Shown here piece after piece: positions 55,101-64,000 of a stretch of DNA of 64,000 bases. Origin of the DNA: a virus (Duplodnaviria > Caudoviricetes); IMG/VR virus record IMGVR_UViG_3300031627_001041, positions 781-64,780 of that record, one strand, 5' to 3'. Below the pieces are notes generated by a model. The model did not search any database, was not told the origin of the DNA, and worked only from the letters and a program-made list of their open reading frames with translations. Each line of letters opens with the position of its first letter. Within the stretch, counting starts at the first letter, position 1. The translations under genes were made by a program, and so were the position numbers.

Positions 55101-58100
55101 AGGAACGCTTGGTCGTTGTCCATTAGGCCCAAGTGGTCCAGACGGTCTATTAATCTTCTGCTTTGATAAACGACTATCTAGTTGTAGTAAAGCTAAAGGT
55201 GAACCAGGATTAGCCTTATCTCCAAACATTTCCTCAAAGAACTGATCATTACTTAAGGCTTCTAGCTCTTTCTTGCTAGGAACTCCACCACCAGCAAATC
55301 CCGGCAGTCCAATCAAACTAAAGAGCGTAGAAACCCCCATCCCAGTAAGAGAGGACAATTTAGCCTGCTGATCTAGGTTTAAGATAGCCTCTCCATCACC
55401 TACTTTGATGGGTCCCTTAGAGGTTATACCAAGTCTATTGTCTTTGGAGCTTCTTCCTGTTCCAATTTTGCCTCCCTTTGTTACTGCAACTCCACCGGTA
55501 TGAAACCCTCTCAGCAATTGCCGGTTTATCTCGATTTCATCTTGGGTTAGTTTTTTGGGCTTTTTTAATATATCGGTTAAGTTTGCTTTTGGTTCTAGTC
55601 GATCAGCTAAACCAGATAAATCAGGGGGATTCACATTCGTGGCAGGTGTTCCGGCTTTAATCCTAGAGACCGACTCACTATTCGACAGCCCCATCACGGC
55701 GGCTGCTGGTGCTGGTGCCGGGGGTGTTTTTTTAGGGACAAAATTAAAATCAAATACACTATTAAAGCCATCCGCCAAGCTTTTACCAAACTCATTGAAG
55801 TCTATCTTCAGAGTCTTTAATATCTCGGTTTGTGCGTTCAGAGCTTCTGTTCTTGCTGTTCCAATCCCTGCCTCTAATCCTGCTTCATTGGTAGCTCCAG
55901 TAATAATCTCTCTAGTAACTCTGTCCAGTCCCGTTATGAAAATATTCTCCCGTTCTTCTATGGCCCCACGTATTAACGCGTTACTGTCTTCCTGCCTACT
56001 AGTGACAGGATTCAGAACTGTACGCTCATTAGCAAGCCCTTTTAAGCTATCTCTTCTATTAATCTCGCCCGGTCTTAGGTCCGTACCAAACCCAAGATTC
56101 CTACCTTTAACCCTCGCCAGAAGCAATTCGTCAACCGTATCTTTACCGGACTTCCCAGTCTGGGGAACAATGGCGTCACCAAACTCCTTAGCAAAACTTA
56201 AAATCTCAGCAAAGGTTCTAGTCGTAATATTCTGAACTACTGCAGGATTTTGATTGAATCCACCAAGCAACGCCTCTTTTCTGTTGATTGCCCGTACTTC
56301 CTGTGGGGTTCCCGTTAGTTTCCGCTCAAGGATACTTTTCTTAGCAAGCCTATCTGTCTCTGCTTTTTGGAAGGCTAGAATGGCTACAGCACTACTTCTG
56401 GCAACATCAGTTAAATATCTCAGCCCCTCAGTAGCTCTGTCCCGAGCGGTAATTTCTCTGTCCAGTATGATTTCAATCTTAGCTACTCGATCTGCATCAA
56501 TAACCTTTCCTTTTTTGTCTCTGCCTGTCTCCCTCTCAGCAATCAATTCTAAGATACCCCCCTTAGCTTTCCGTTGTTTTTTCCCCAGCTCTGCAGCACT
56601 TAATCCTTTAGTCAATATTTCTCTATTTTTTTGTTCCGCTAAGATCTTTTTTTCTTTTCCTAGTAGACCCGTCAATAAATCACTGCTCTGCTGAGAGATA
56701 TTGTTTTTTTTAAGCTCTTCCTGAATTGTTTTAGAACTAATAGCTCTTTGCTGTGCAAGACCACTTCTAAGAAAGTTTGTTTGGTCATTAAAAATTTCAG
56801 CTAGTCTCCCCATTGCTGTATCTAGGGGGGCAAACTTTTTATTGATTGCATCAAGAGTCGTGCCAATCGGATGTTTTCTGGGGTCAATTACCTCATCAAG
56901 ATCACCAAAAATATCTTCTAATGCTAAATTAATGAATCTTTTAGTATTTGGGTCTTTTATCTGGTCTACGCTCTGTGTTTTAAAGTCATTAAAACGATTC
57001 GCATCAATGGTCTCGGTACTTCCACCGATTAAACGATCAAGTTCTTTAATTGCTTCGACGGCATTAGAACGATTCACGAATCTTTCGCTAATAAGCTGCC
57101 CCTCAGCTCCAAAGGAACCCCCTATCGCCTCAGCTCTTTCATTAAGCCTTGAGCGTGGATCAAGCCGAAAAATCTGTCTAGTCTGTCTCTGTGAATCACT
57201 AAGTCTCGCTTCCGAACGGTTAATATCTACGACATTGGCAATATCAGAACCCAGACCTCGGGACTGACCGATGGATCCGCTCCCTATAAAATCAAGATTT
57301 GCACGGGCGACTGCGGTATTTGATAGCCTTTCATTAATGGTAGCTAGTGAGTTATTAAGATTATCAAGACTACTAAAGATTACATTAGAAATATTCTGCG
57401 TAGCAGATAGAGTATCTGCTCGTGTTTTCTTTGCTTGTCTGAGTCTCTCCTCTAGCTTCTCTTTTAGGAAGTCTACGGTAACCTTCTGATCGGCATCACT
57501 CCCCTCAGTGAAGATTCTGGGATTAAGTAATTTAGCCGTCTCTGTGATTATACCATTGAACTCTTGACTGAATTCTACTGCTGTCAACTTCGTCGTCTCA
57601 GCCTGCCTTAGGAGAATGTCTAAACCTTCTCCACCCTGAGTCTTAGACTCAATGGCTTTTTCTTGGTTACGTATATTTCTTCGTAGTTCAATTTGCTCAG
57701 CTACTTTAAATTGGTTAAAACCGTCCAAAAAGCTGGTTCCAGGTATGGTGTTTCTATCTGCCAGCAACGCAGCCTTCGTACTCTTCCGAGTAGTCGAACG
57801 AATACCCCCGTCACCAAAAGTCGAATCAACGGTCCTCTGTAAGAAGTTATCTATCCCCGCCCCGAATCTACCGACTATCCCCACACGATTCTTTTTCTGT
57901 GTGAGTGATCCTGCTTCGCCACGTAATGCTTTGGTGATGTCGGTAATTGCCTCTCTGCTCTTTTCTGTCTTTGCGTTGTCCTCATCGCCAGCTTTATTAA
58001 ACTCTAAAGTGCCTAGACTGCCGAAAGCCTTAATGGTCTCCGCTCTGAAATTGTTCAGTGCTTGCTCTGCCTTACTTGCGGCAACGGCAAAGCCCGCAAA

Positions 58101-61100
58101 AGCACCAATAAGTCCACCAGCTATGCCCCCGCCCTTACCTAATAAGGCACCAATACCAACACCGGTTCCCCCCAACTGCAGTGTCCCCCCGAGTACGGCC
58201 GAACCAATACCAGATCGGTCACCCTTCTCTAGTTTTTCTGTACCAGAATCAGAAAAAAACGTGCCTGCAGCGGTACCGATAACACTAGCAAATAATGCTG
58301 CTTTATTCCTTCTTTCTTGTTTTCTATTGTCATCCTCAGCAACTAAAAGTTTTTCATTCATTCTAGTTACCCCCTTTGCACCCCCCTCCCTTCTGCCTGT
58401 GGCTTTTTCGGTTGCTTTTTGCTGTAAAGCAATTTCTTCAGTTAGCTCAGCGTTGCGTTTATTAGAAGTAGTAAGTAGTTTTTGGTTTTCGGTAACAGCT
58501 TTTTTGGCCTCTTTTGTTATCTCTTTTTTAACCCGCAGCTCTTGTTCTGCTATCGCAACATTCTTTGCGGACGCCTTCTTAGGTAAATTTTTAAGGCTTT
58601 CTCCGGCTTTCTTTTCATCTGTTTCTGCCTTTCTGACACGGTCCTCGGCGGCAGCTTTCGTGGTCGATAAACCCGTAGAAAGGTCTTTATTCTTCGTAGC
58701 GGCTACTTCAAGATCTTTTAATTTTCGTTTCTCTGCTCTTTCTTCAGATCCGGCAACCTCTAAAAAACCCTTTGCTGCATTTGATTTGTTTTGTGCCTTC
58801 TCTAGTTTTTGTCTAGTCTCTAGTAAGGGTTTCGACTGTTTTAGAGCTTCATTTAATACACCAAACCCAACTGCAACACCACCTAAGGTTTTTGCAAGCT
58901 TTTGTCCTTCTTCACTTTCTAGAAGTCCACCACTAAGAGCAGCGGCTGCACCTACTCCACCAATCCCAAAAAGTGCTGATTTGTTAAGACCTCCACCACC
59001 TCCACCACCTACACCACCTACACCACCTCCACGACTACTTCCACTCAGTGTGAGCTTGTTGCGTATTTTGCTAAATCTGCTTGGTTCTTTAGACCTTCCT
59101 CTGATTATAGACACCGCACTAGGAGGACGACTAATAGAACCAAGATCAGAGTTATCACCGAACCCCGCCGACTTTAAACCTTGCCGTCTTCTTTCCTTAT
59201 CCCTCTCCTGTTCTTCCCTAATGCTCTTTGCTCTGTTTAATCTACTCCCCTTAACCTTTCCTTTTTCTTCTTTGGTTAGGGGCTTATTTAATACTGATGC
59301 TATGCCCGCTGCACGGATTGTAGAACGGGTGCTACCCAATTCTTCCTTACTCTTATAAGGGAACTGTCTCCTTGCAAGATCCCTTTTTTCTTTGGCCTCA
59401 TCTTCCCTTGCACGCTTCTCAGGGAGGGCGAATTTCGCTGGTGGCTGAGATTTTACTGGTGGTCGAGTTGGCTCAAATTTTGCCTTCTCCGGAATTGGAA
59501 CTATGGTCGCAGGACCGGCTTTACTCGCTTTCTTGGCTAACGCCCCCCTAGCATTACGCTTCCGCTCTTCACGCTCGTCACGCTCATCAAAGAAGAGGTC
59601 CGCTGCTTTTTGGTCTTCGTCTGTTCCTATTCGTTTCGATGATGACTTGATACCAGTAGGTGCGTCAGCTTTCCTAGCCTGATCTAATATCTCAGCAGTC
59701 CTATCTGATCGTTCCTTTTTACGCTCATCAATAAATAGATCTACTGCTCTTTGATCATCACCCGTTCCTCCAGTTCTGGCTGTTGACTTGCGATTACCAG
59801 ATGGTGGAGTAGATTTTCTAACCCTATCTAATATATTTTCATTCTTACCATTTTCGCGGTCCCCAAAGAATAGATCTGCCTCCCTTTGGTCCTCTGTCGT
59901 CCCCCCAACTCTATCTGCTGACTGCCGATCACGAGACCTTAGACCACCACGCGGTACCTTACCTCTTCTAATTGTCTCTAATGTAGTACGCTTACTACGT
60001 TTCTGGTCGCTGCGATCACCAAGGAAGAGGCCTGCTTCTAGTTGATCCTCTTCTGTTCCTCCTGCTCTAGCTGACGATTTACGAATACCGGGCTGTACGG
60101 TACTTTTTCTAACCTTAGCTAATACACTATCTGTCCTACGCCGTTGCTCTGCTAACGAAGAGTCACTCTGTCCCAAAGCTCGTGCTGATTGACGAGAACC
60201 GGGCAGTGTCGGACTCTTTCTAATCTGATTTATTATTTCCGCTGCCCCTAGACTTTTGTCGGTCGGTCTAGATCTTCTAGTAGTTTTCTGTAACCCCTGA
60301 TTGTGCTCTTTAATAAGTCTGGCGTCTCTTGCTCTAGCCGCCTGAGTCTTATCGTCTAGACTTATTCCTGAACTATTAGGAGTGTTCTCTATACCGACCC
60401 CTAAGGGTTGTCTTCGCAGATTCCCGGCCCTAATCTGCTCAATTTTACTTGGATCAAAAGTACGCCTTAGTTTTTCAGGGGGATTAACTCGTCGGCCTTT
60501 TGAATCTCTATTCAGCTCTGCATTTGCGTCGTTTCTTATCTTAAGTTTTCTCTGTTCTTCTACTCTATCCGGAGCACCCGCAGTGATCCGACCTTTTGAT
60601 ACTGGATGTTGCTGATTGAGTCTCTGACGCATCTGCTGAATAGTAGCATCTATTCTACGAACTATTTCTGGTTCAGCAGTTTTTCTTAGGGTACTTAAGT
60701 CGCTTTCCGCAAAAGCTAACCGACGAATTCGATCACGACTAAGCCTTCCTCCTCTACCAAACTTAGGTAGATTATCAGAGAAATTTCCCGGCAATCTCCC
60801 CTCATTGATGGCTTTCATTGTGTCTGTGCCATACTTACGATGGGCCTGAGTCGTCATGACGAACTCTTGAGGTTTCATCATTACAGGAACACTATCTGTA
60901 ATTCCAGTTCCCGGAACTATCCCAGATCCCGAAAACGTCTTACCGGGTGTGCCACCTTGAGAGAACCCCCCTATTTTAGGAGAAAACCCCCTAGATAAAG
61001 GAATGACCGCTTTGAAAGCAAGAGCAGTACCAAGAAGACCAACCAGCGGAATTAATGGTCGTGCAGCATCAGCAACGCCAATTAAGCCTTTGGTGATATT

Positions 61101-62330
61101 TAGAAGCTCTGTAGCAAAAGTTCTAAATGCTGGGTCTTTCAGTACATTATCAACAAATTTCTGAAACTCCTGACGAACCTTTGTTATCTGAGTCCCAAGC
61201 CCTTCTTGTGCCTTTTCGGCATCTTTCGTAATAGAGTTACCAGAATTCCTAGACGTGTTCAGCACTTTTTGTGCTTTGTCGATCTGAAGCAAAAGCGGGA
61301 TTACTTTGGCACGTTGACGAATACCACCCAGCTCTTCTACAATGCTAGAGAAGAGCGGACTTTTAGAGTCAATCCCCAATTTCTTAATTTTTGAAGCAAT
61401 AGCTTCGATAGCTTGAAGCGGAGCAAGAATTTTCCCGTCTTTAACTAGATCAACATCAATAATATCTTTGAAGAAGTTAATTGTTTTGATTCGACCAAGA
61501 CGACCAGTGATTGTTCTAAAAGCCGTACCGATAGTATCGGCAGATTCACGAGTTGTACTACGTACCGCTGTGAATAAAGCCAATAACTCATCTAGATCAC
61601 CACCAGCAGCTTGAAAAGCACCACCCGTTTTCTTAACCGCCGTGATTAAGTCAGAAGACTCAACAGGGAATTTACCAGCCACAGTATTCAACTTAGACAA
61701 AATCTCAATAGTGCTGAGACCGCTTTTTTCAAACTGGTTCTGAACAGCAATCAGCCCCTCAACCGTATCTTTAGCGTTACCAAAAGTAGGCGACAGATTA
61801 GCCTTTGCGATGGCCTCAATATCTTTTCTTACTTGAGCAAGTGGTCGACCGGTCTGAGCTAAGGTCACAGCAGCTTCAGCAATTTCAGATGAAGACACAC
61901 CAAAAGACGCACTAACACCTAAAATATCACTCCGTAAACCATCTACCTGTTTAATGGTCCTACCACTAACCTGACCGATTTTGATAATCGCCTTCTCGAA
62001 ATCAATAGCGTCACTAACGCCACTACGTAGAGCACCTAGAGCCTTAACCACACCAACGGTGGCAACACTAAACGCCAAGTATCTCTTACCCGCAATACCA
62101 ACACGTCGACCGAAGTTTTCAACTTCTTGCCCAGCCAACTTGGATCCGTCTCTAACAAGCCTAAGTTCTTTACGTAATTCCGCGAGTTGTCTTACGTTAG
62201 ACTTATCTACTCCAACTCTAACGGATGCCTTGACCCCTCTCAAGCCAGACTGCATCTCCCGCTTAACGGCAGCTAGGTCAGCTAAGGTCGGCCCCTCCAG
62301 CTTCATTCTGGTTGTTACTACAAAAGTCAT
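52128..62330 (-). CDS. Tail tape measure protein (~3400 aa)
   Basis: TP901-type N-terminal core (FEKAIIKIGQVSG...AAVTLAQTG...LSKLNTVA...AIGTAFRTITGR-like helices) and FSQGG...DSVPVMM.PQEFV motifs. Likely start ATG 62330 with a GGAG SD. Confidence 0.88.
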   Translation of the reverse strand: MTFVVTTRMKLEGPTLADLAAVKREMQSGLRGVKASVRVGVDKSNVRQLAELRKELRLVRDGSKLAGQEVENFGRRVGIAGKRYLAFSVATVGVVKALGALRSGVSDAIDFEKAIIKIGQVSGRTIKQVDGLRSDILGVSASFGVSSSEIAEAAVTLAQTGRPLAQVRKDIEAIAKANLSPTFGNAKDTVEGLIAVQNQFEKSGLSTIEILSKLNTVAGKFPVESSDLITAVKKTGGAFQAAGGDLDELLALFTAVRSTTRESADTIGTAFRTITGRLGRIKTINFFKDIIDVDLVKDGKILAPLQAIEAIASKIKKLGIDSKSPLFSSIVEELGGIRQRAKVIPLLLQIDKAQKVLNTSRNSGNSITKDAEKAQEGLGTQITKVRQEFQKFVDNVLKDPAFRTFATELLNITKGLIGVADAARPLIPLVGLLGTALAFKAVIPLSRGFSPKIGGFSQGGTPGKTFSGSGIVPGTGITDSVPVMMKPQEFVMTTQAHRKYGTDTMKAINEGRLPGNFSDNLPKFGRGGRLSRDRIRRLAFAESDLSTLRKTAEPEIVRRIDATIQQMRQRLNQQHPVSKGRITAGAPDRVEEQRKLKIRNDANAELNRDSKGRRVNPPEKLRRTFDPSKIEQIRAGNLRRQPLGVGIENTPNSSGISLDDKTQAARARDARLIKEHNQGLQKTTRRSRPTDKSLGAAEIINQIRKSPTLPGSRQSARALGQSDSSLAEQRRRTDSVLAKVRKSTVQPGIRKSSARAGGTEEDQLEAGLFLGDRSDQKRSKRTTLETIRRGKVPRGGLRSRDRQSADRVGGTTEDQREADLFFGDRENGKNENILDRVRKSTPPSGNRKSTARTGGTGDDQRAVDLFIDERKKERSDRTAEILDQARKADAPTGIKSSSKRIGTDEDQKAADLFFDERDEREERKRNARGALAKKASKAGPATIVPIPEKAKFEPTRPPVKSQPPAKFALPEKRAREDEAKEKRDLARRQFPYKSKEELGSTRSTIRAAGIASVLNKPLTKEEKGKVKGSRLNRAKSIREEQERDKERRRQGLKSAGFGDNSDLGSISRPPSAVSIIRGRSKEPSRFSKIRNKLTLSGSSRGGGVGGVGGGGGGGLNKSALFGIGGVGAAAALSGGLLESEEGQKLAKTLGGVAVGFGVLNEALKQSKPLLETRQKLEKAQNKSNAAKGFLEVAGSEERAEKRKLKDLEVAATKNKDLSTGLSTTKAAAEDRVRKAETDEKKAGESLKNLPKKASAKNVAIAEQELRVKKEITKEAKKAVTENQKLLTTSNKRNAELTEEIALQQKATEKATGRREGGAKGVTRMNEKLLVAEDDNRKQERRNKAALFASVIGTAAGTFFSDSGTEKLEKGDRSGIGSAVLGGTLQLGGTGVGIGALLGKGGGIAGGLIGAFAGFAVAASKAEQALNNFRAETIKAFGSLGTLEFNKAGDEDNAKTEKSREAITDITKALRGEAGSLTQKKNRVGIVGRFGAGIDNFLQRTVDSTFGDGGIRSTTRKSTKAALLADRNTIPGTSFLDGFNQFKVAEQIELRRNIRNQEKAIESKTQGGEGLDILLRQAETTKLTAVEFSQEFNGIITETAKLLNPRIFTEGSDADQKVTVDFLKEKLEERLRQAKKTRADTLSATQNISNVIFSSLDNLNNSLATINERLSNTAVARANLDFIGSGSIGQSRGLGSDIANVVDINRSEARLSDSQRQTRQIFRLDPRSRLNERAEAIGGSFGAEGQLISERFVNRSNAVEAIKELDRLIGGSTETIDANRFNDFKTQSVDQIKDPNTKRFINLALEDIFGDLDEVIDPRKHPIGTTLDAINKKFAPLDTAMGRLAEIFNDQTNFLRSGLAQQRAISSKTIQEELKKNNISQQSSDLLTGLLGKEKKILAEQKNREILTKGLSAAELGKKQRKAKGGILELIAERETGRDKKGKVIDADRVAKIEIILDREITARDRATEGLRYLTDVARSSAVAILAFQKAETDRLAKKSILERKLTGTPQEVRAINRKEALLGGFNQNPAVVQNITTRTFAEILSFAKEFGDAIVPQTGKSGKDTVDELLLARVKGRNLGFGTDLRPGEINRRDSLKGLANERTVLNPVTSRQEDSNALIRGAIEERENIFITGLDRVTREIITGATNEAGLEAGIGTARTEALNAQTEILKTLKIDFNEFGKSLADGFNSVFDFNFVPKKTPPAPAPAAAVMGLSNSESVSRIKAGTPATNVNPPDLSGLADRLEPKANLTDILKKPKKLTQDEIEINRQLLRGFHTGGVAVTKGGKIGTGRSSKDNRLGITSKGPIKVGDGEAILNLDQQAKLSSLTGMGVSTLFSLIGLPGFAGGGVPSKKELEALSNDQFFEEMFGDKANPGSPLALLQLDSRLSKQKINRPSGPLGPNGQRPSVPDSPTGTVRPGGLSHRGTQSLSRSKKKTPTGGLSLAMTGELQNRIPVNTDPRPGSIPRTGFGALDDYGYPTSDKSKLGASPLRRIRGLDENYREETKIGSGPDRSRQDGASPSGLNKSGRDPSSFAVPEANTPSLSDARHQQLENLGERSPDFQKKLDSAPGWVEELHDIRDDLGKVAADQQFKHISPSGRVKTQREISAGNTESLNNRGPVRTTPKDIDQIIEEGRVSRMVDPLAKGPTQLPKAPESIGNVVSQKSGPKIKASDEIERLRKEKAASPEKVSPVKTAIDNFVKALKPDPLKDFNKSLKDSGETQKKLNGLKNKQYDQKYDDLTVGIQEANDKGDTKKAAALSKKRQTMVQQKDAQQSREADKKFAQGMTEAMPQLGSGDGRLKALTQDAAGTNMLKTIVKNEREMADSNTKARQGRIGPAEINEEEKDSLLKKNADERADLEGMKKNSSDVHQRNEKARLDREEKAIRANKAPLSMIQERAKARVKAERGHTDGSFPVTNMAPHNRRGPAPAGWGGQRSGVSGVVNHRRGVSGVVNHRRGVVDELAGGIPEGHDRLMANRAARKEEEDRLWANRGRRSSKDTKPAARKMAPLSTAKEGESIQERRDRQRKDRESFFGVGPAIGGPPRTETPEQRKARLNKSRSDFFGTGPAITPDPDETPEMAEKRRAKSKAGFYGVGPATQGKKIITGQERDAAKSRVEKALFDSGVSAEEAREPDIANVINENNSSTFIADRKILESSETEEERKKRRRSAKEDFYGAGPAIEGPGGLPSSKNNPGRLKKIQAAREAREKKLQLRSMPAGTRRAEKEKRIEQAREMRRVQEQERADNIERIKQGEIERGSLTDMSMRPDEQPGQVTQAAQPQTQFNGNDPFRGVWGAPGSQGPQGALGVAGAPQAAQVTQAAQPQAQSSFPDTISFDGTMNLNVNVAGLGDLEGRFSDVARMVVNNALNEFADQNQMSRPQQLANNNAAPGSAGSEATS
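53451..53516 (-). repeat. 30-bp tandem repeat in the TMP (SGVVNHRRGV x2)
   Basis: AACACCGCGTCTGTGATTAAC(G/A)AC(G/T)CCCGA occurs at 53451 and 53481, with a partial third copy. Confidence 0.9.
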
Positions 62331-62345
62331 CTTAGCTCCACGTAT

Positions 62346-62383
62346 AAAAAAAAAGAGATAGCCCATATACTAAGGCTACCTCT
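62346..62383 (-). terminator. Intrinsic terminator between the chaperone-like gene and the TMP
   Basis: On the - strand: AGAGGTAGCCT-tagtatat-GGGCTATCTCT followed by a run of T. Confidence 0.75.
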
Positions 62384-62398
62384 TAATGAATTTAGGAC

Positions 62399-63187
62399 TT
62401 AGTCGACGAACTCTACAAATTCCAACGATTTACCATCCTTATCGACTTTTTCCCCATAATCATTAATAAGCTCACCCTGCTCATTAATTAGTTGACCGTC
62501 CTTATCTACTTTCTGTCCTGCCCCGTTGACCAATTGGCCGTCTTCGTCGATTAGTCTATGTTCGTCATTGATAAATTTGTACTTCATCAAAAAACTAATT
62601 TCTGGTAACTTATTATACCAGCTTGGGTCATATTCGTTGATAAGGGTCGAAAGTTCTCCGGCCTTTTTTTCAACTTCTGGATCGTTTGATCCTGCTCGGT
62701 ATGCGTTAATGTCAGCAAACATTGGTGTATCATCACCATTTAGAATGCATGAAGCACACAGAGAATCAAACTCTGCCTGTTCAGACTGAGTTTCGCATGT
62801 AAACCCATCGAATTCTGTTAATACTGAATTTAAGTCTAAAAACTCCGATCTCCAATCCATCATATCAAGTGCTAGCTGTTTAGCCTGTACTCTTGAAAAT
62901 GGTTTTCCATCCAGTGTCCTACCACCACGACTTAGTTGAGCATCGCCATCTAAAATCTTTTTGCGTACCTCATCCAGCTTTTCTTGTTTTTTGTCGTCCC
63001 ACAGTCCTCGATCTTCAGCAGCTTTTTTAAGCTCCGATCTCAGTAGAACATCTTTCTCTCTGATAAGTCTTGCAAAGGTCTTACTCTTCTCTAGAGCAGC
63101 CCGTGTCTTTTGCTGCATCGTAGGTTTTACGACCTTTATTTTTGGTACGTCACTAGTTGTGGCTTTACCACCCTTACGACCTGCCAT
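62399..63187 (-). CDS. Putative tail assembly chaperone
   Basis: Directly upstream of the TMP, helical and charged. Likely start MAGRK at 63187 (GGAGG SD). Confidence 0.55.
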   Translation of the reverse strand: MAGRKGGKATTSDVPKIKVVKPTMQQKTRAALEKSKTFARLIREKDVLLRSELKKAAEDRGLWDDKKQEKLDEVRKKILDGDAQLSRGGRTLDGKPFSRVQAKQLALDMMDWRSEFLDLNSVLTEFDGFTCETQSEQAEFDSLCASCILNGDDTPMFADINAYRAGSNDPEVEKKAGELSTLINEYDPSWYNKLPEISFLMKYKFINDEHRLIDEDGQLVNGAGQKVDKDGQLINEQGELINDYGEKVDKDGKSLEFVEFVD

Positions 63188-63485
63188 CCTGTCCTCCAAT
63201 AATACTGATTAATTCTTCCGGGTCCATTTGCTTGTCAACACTAAACCGATAATCATAACGTGATCTTTCGATGTTAAGTTTACTCAGCATTCTGTTTGAC
63301 TTGCGTTTTTGATCGTTCCCCACGTCAAATGCCCGTTTTCTCGCTCTCTGAAACTTTTCAGCAAAAGCGGGGTCTTCCATAAGATCCCCAAACTCTTCCT
63401 CAAAAGCACTGATTGCTCCAACCGTAGTCGTCATAAAGTTCTTTTCAACTTTAATTATGATCGACTCTTTGTATCCAGCTTTCAT
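63174..63485 (-). CDS. Hypothetical protein
   Basis: AGGAG SD, coupled to the next gene. Confidence 0.65.
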   Translation of the reverse strand: MKAGYKESIIIKVEKNFMTTTVGAISAFEEEFGDLMEDPAFAEKFQRARKRAFDVGNDQKRKSNRMLSKLNIERSRYDYRFSVDKQMDPEELISIIGGQDGRS

Positions 63486-63493
63486 CTTTTCTC

Positions 63494-64000
63494 CTAAAAC
63501 TTAATTACGCCCTGTTTATCCGGGAAGTCTTTATCTTCTGCTTCCCCATCCTTCATTTTTTCTTCTCTCAGTTTCATCATAAATCTGACTTCTGGGCTAT
63601 TCTTTTCTTGAACACGCTTTATATCCTCAGGACTATGAGCGACAGTAAAGACTTCTCCTGCCCCAGAATCATTCTCTGGCCCATCATCTTTTTTAGTAGA
63701 AATATAAGAGGTCCAACCATCCAATAGATCGTCGTCCTCAAGCACTTCTTCTTCCGGACAGTCTGGATGCTGTCTAATATTATCATATCGCTTTCCCCAG
63801 TTTATTAGTTCGATAGCGTTCACAGATAACACATCAAAAACAAATCCCGCGTTTTTAAGTGCCATCCACTCATAGGATCTTGCTACGACTCTAATGTCTT
63901 CCTCATCTATTCTCTCTGGTATCTCTTCTAAGTTATATTTTTCACATATTTTTTTATTCTTAGCTTCGGTAGCGATCTGTTCCGCCGAATGAATAAAAAA
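63494..64000 (-). CDS. Hypothetical protein (5'-truncated by the window edge)
   Basis: The frame of the 63494-63865 ORF stays open to position 64000 (FFIHSAEQIATEAK...RSYEWMALKN). Confidence 0.7.
   Translation of the reverse strand, partial: FFIHSAEQIATEAKNKKICEKYNLEEIPERIDEEDIRVVARSYEWMALKNAGFVFDVLSVNAIELINWGKRYDNIRQHPDCPEEEVLEDDDLLDGWTSYISTKKDDGPENDSGAGEVFTVAHSPEDIKRVQEKNSPEVRFMMKLREEKMKDGEAEDKDFPDKQGVIKF

Noticed and set aside
58985-59040. (CCACCT/A)n microsatellite
   Set aside because: Explained by a Gly-rich linker (GGGVGGVGGGGGGG) in the TMP.
57652-59358. 568-aa + strand ORF, and other long + strand ORFs at 52-62 kb
   Set aside because: They are antisense shadows of the TMP with biased Ser/Leu/Phe composition and no motifs.
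62399-63500. Programmed -1 frameshift typical of tail chaperone G/GT genes
   Set aside because: I found no convincing slippery heptamer near the ORF ends, and a terminator separates the gene from the TMP.
1-64000. Alternative genetic code (stop codon reassignment), as in some large phages
   Set aside because: Recognisable genes are full length under the standard code, coding density is high, and TAG, TGA and TAA all terminate genes sensibly.

Overview
This window is a 64 kb segment of a large, AT-leaning tailed dsDNA phage genome (jumbo/large-phage-like). No ribosomal or housekeeping bacterial operons are present. It has two convergent blocks. The + strand block (1-41.7 kb) carries: nucleotide metabolism genes (RNR C-terminus, dUTPase, dNMP kinase, PhoH); tRNA-Arg(TCT); a circularly permuted two-piece tmRNA with a readable tag (ATRNYTVAA); three tandem Tat-signal DUF1501 proteins (a family strongly expanded in Planctomycetota, which suggests the host); a secreted trypsin-like protease; a sulfotransferase; a LAGLIDADG endonuclease; a C5 DNA methylase; a recombination/replication module (RecA, DnaB, primase, Cas4-like nuclease, and DnaE split into two genes with no intein and four genes between the halves); a ~12 kb glycosyltransferase/methyltransferase cluster; and GroES. 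The - strand block (41.8-64 kb) carries putative virion/tail genes, including a LamG-type repeat protein and a ~3400-aa tape-measure protein. The strongest leads are the tRNA-permuted tmRNA-3xDUF1501-protease-sulfotransferase locus behind a repeated phage promoter-like motif, the intein-less split DnaE, and the glycan-modification island. All product calls come from motif recognition by eye; no database searches were run.
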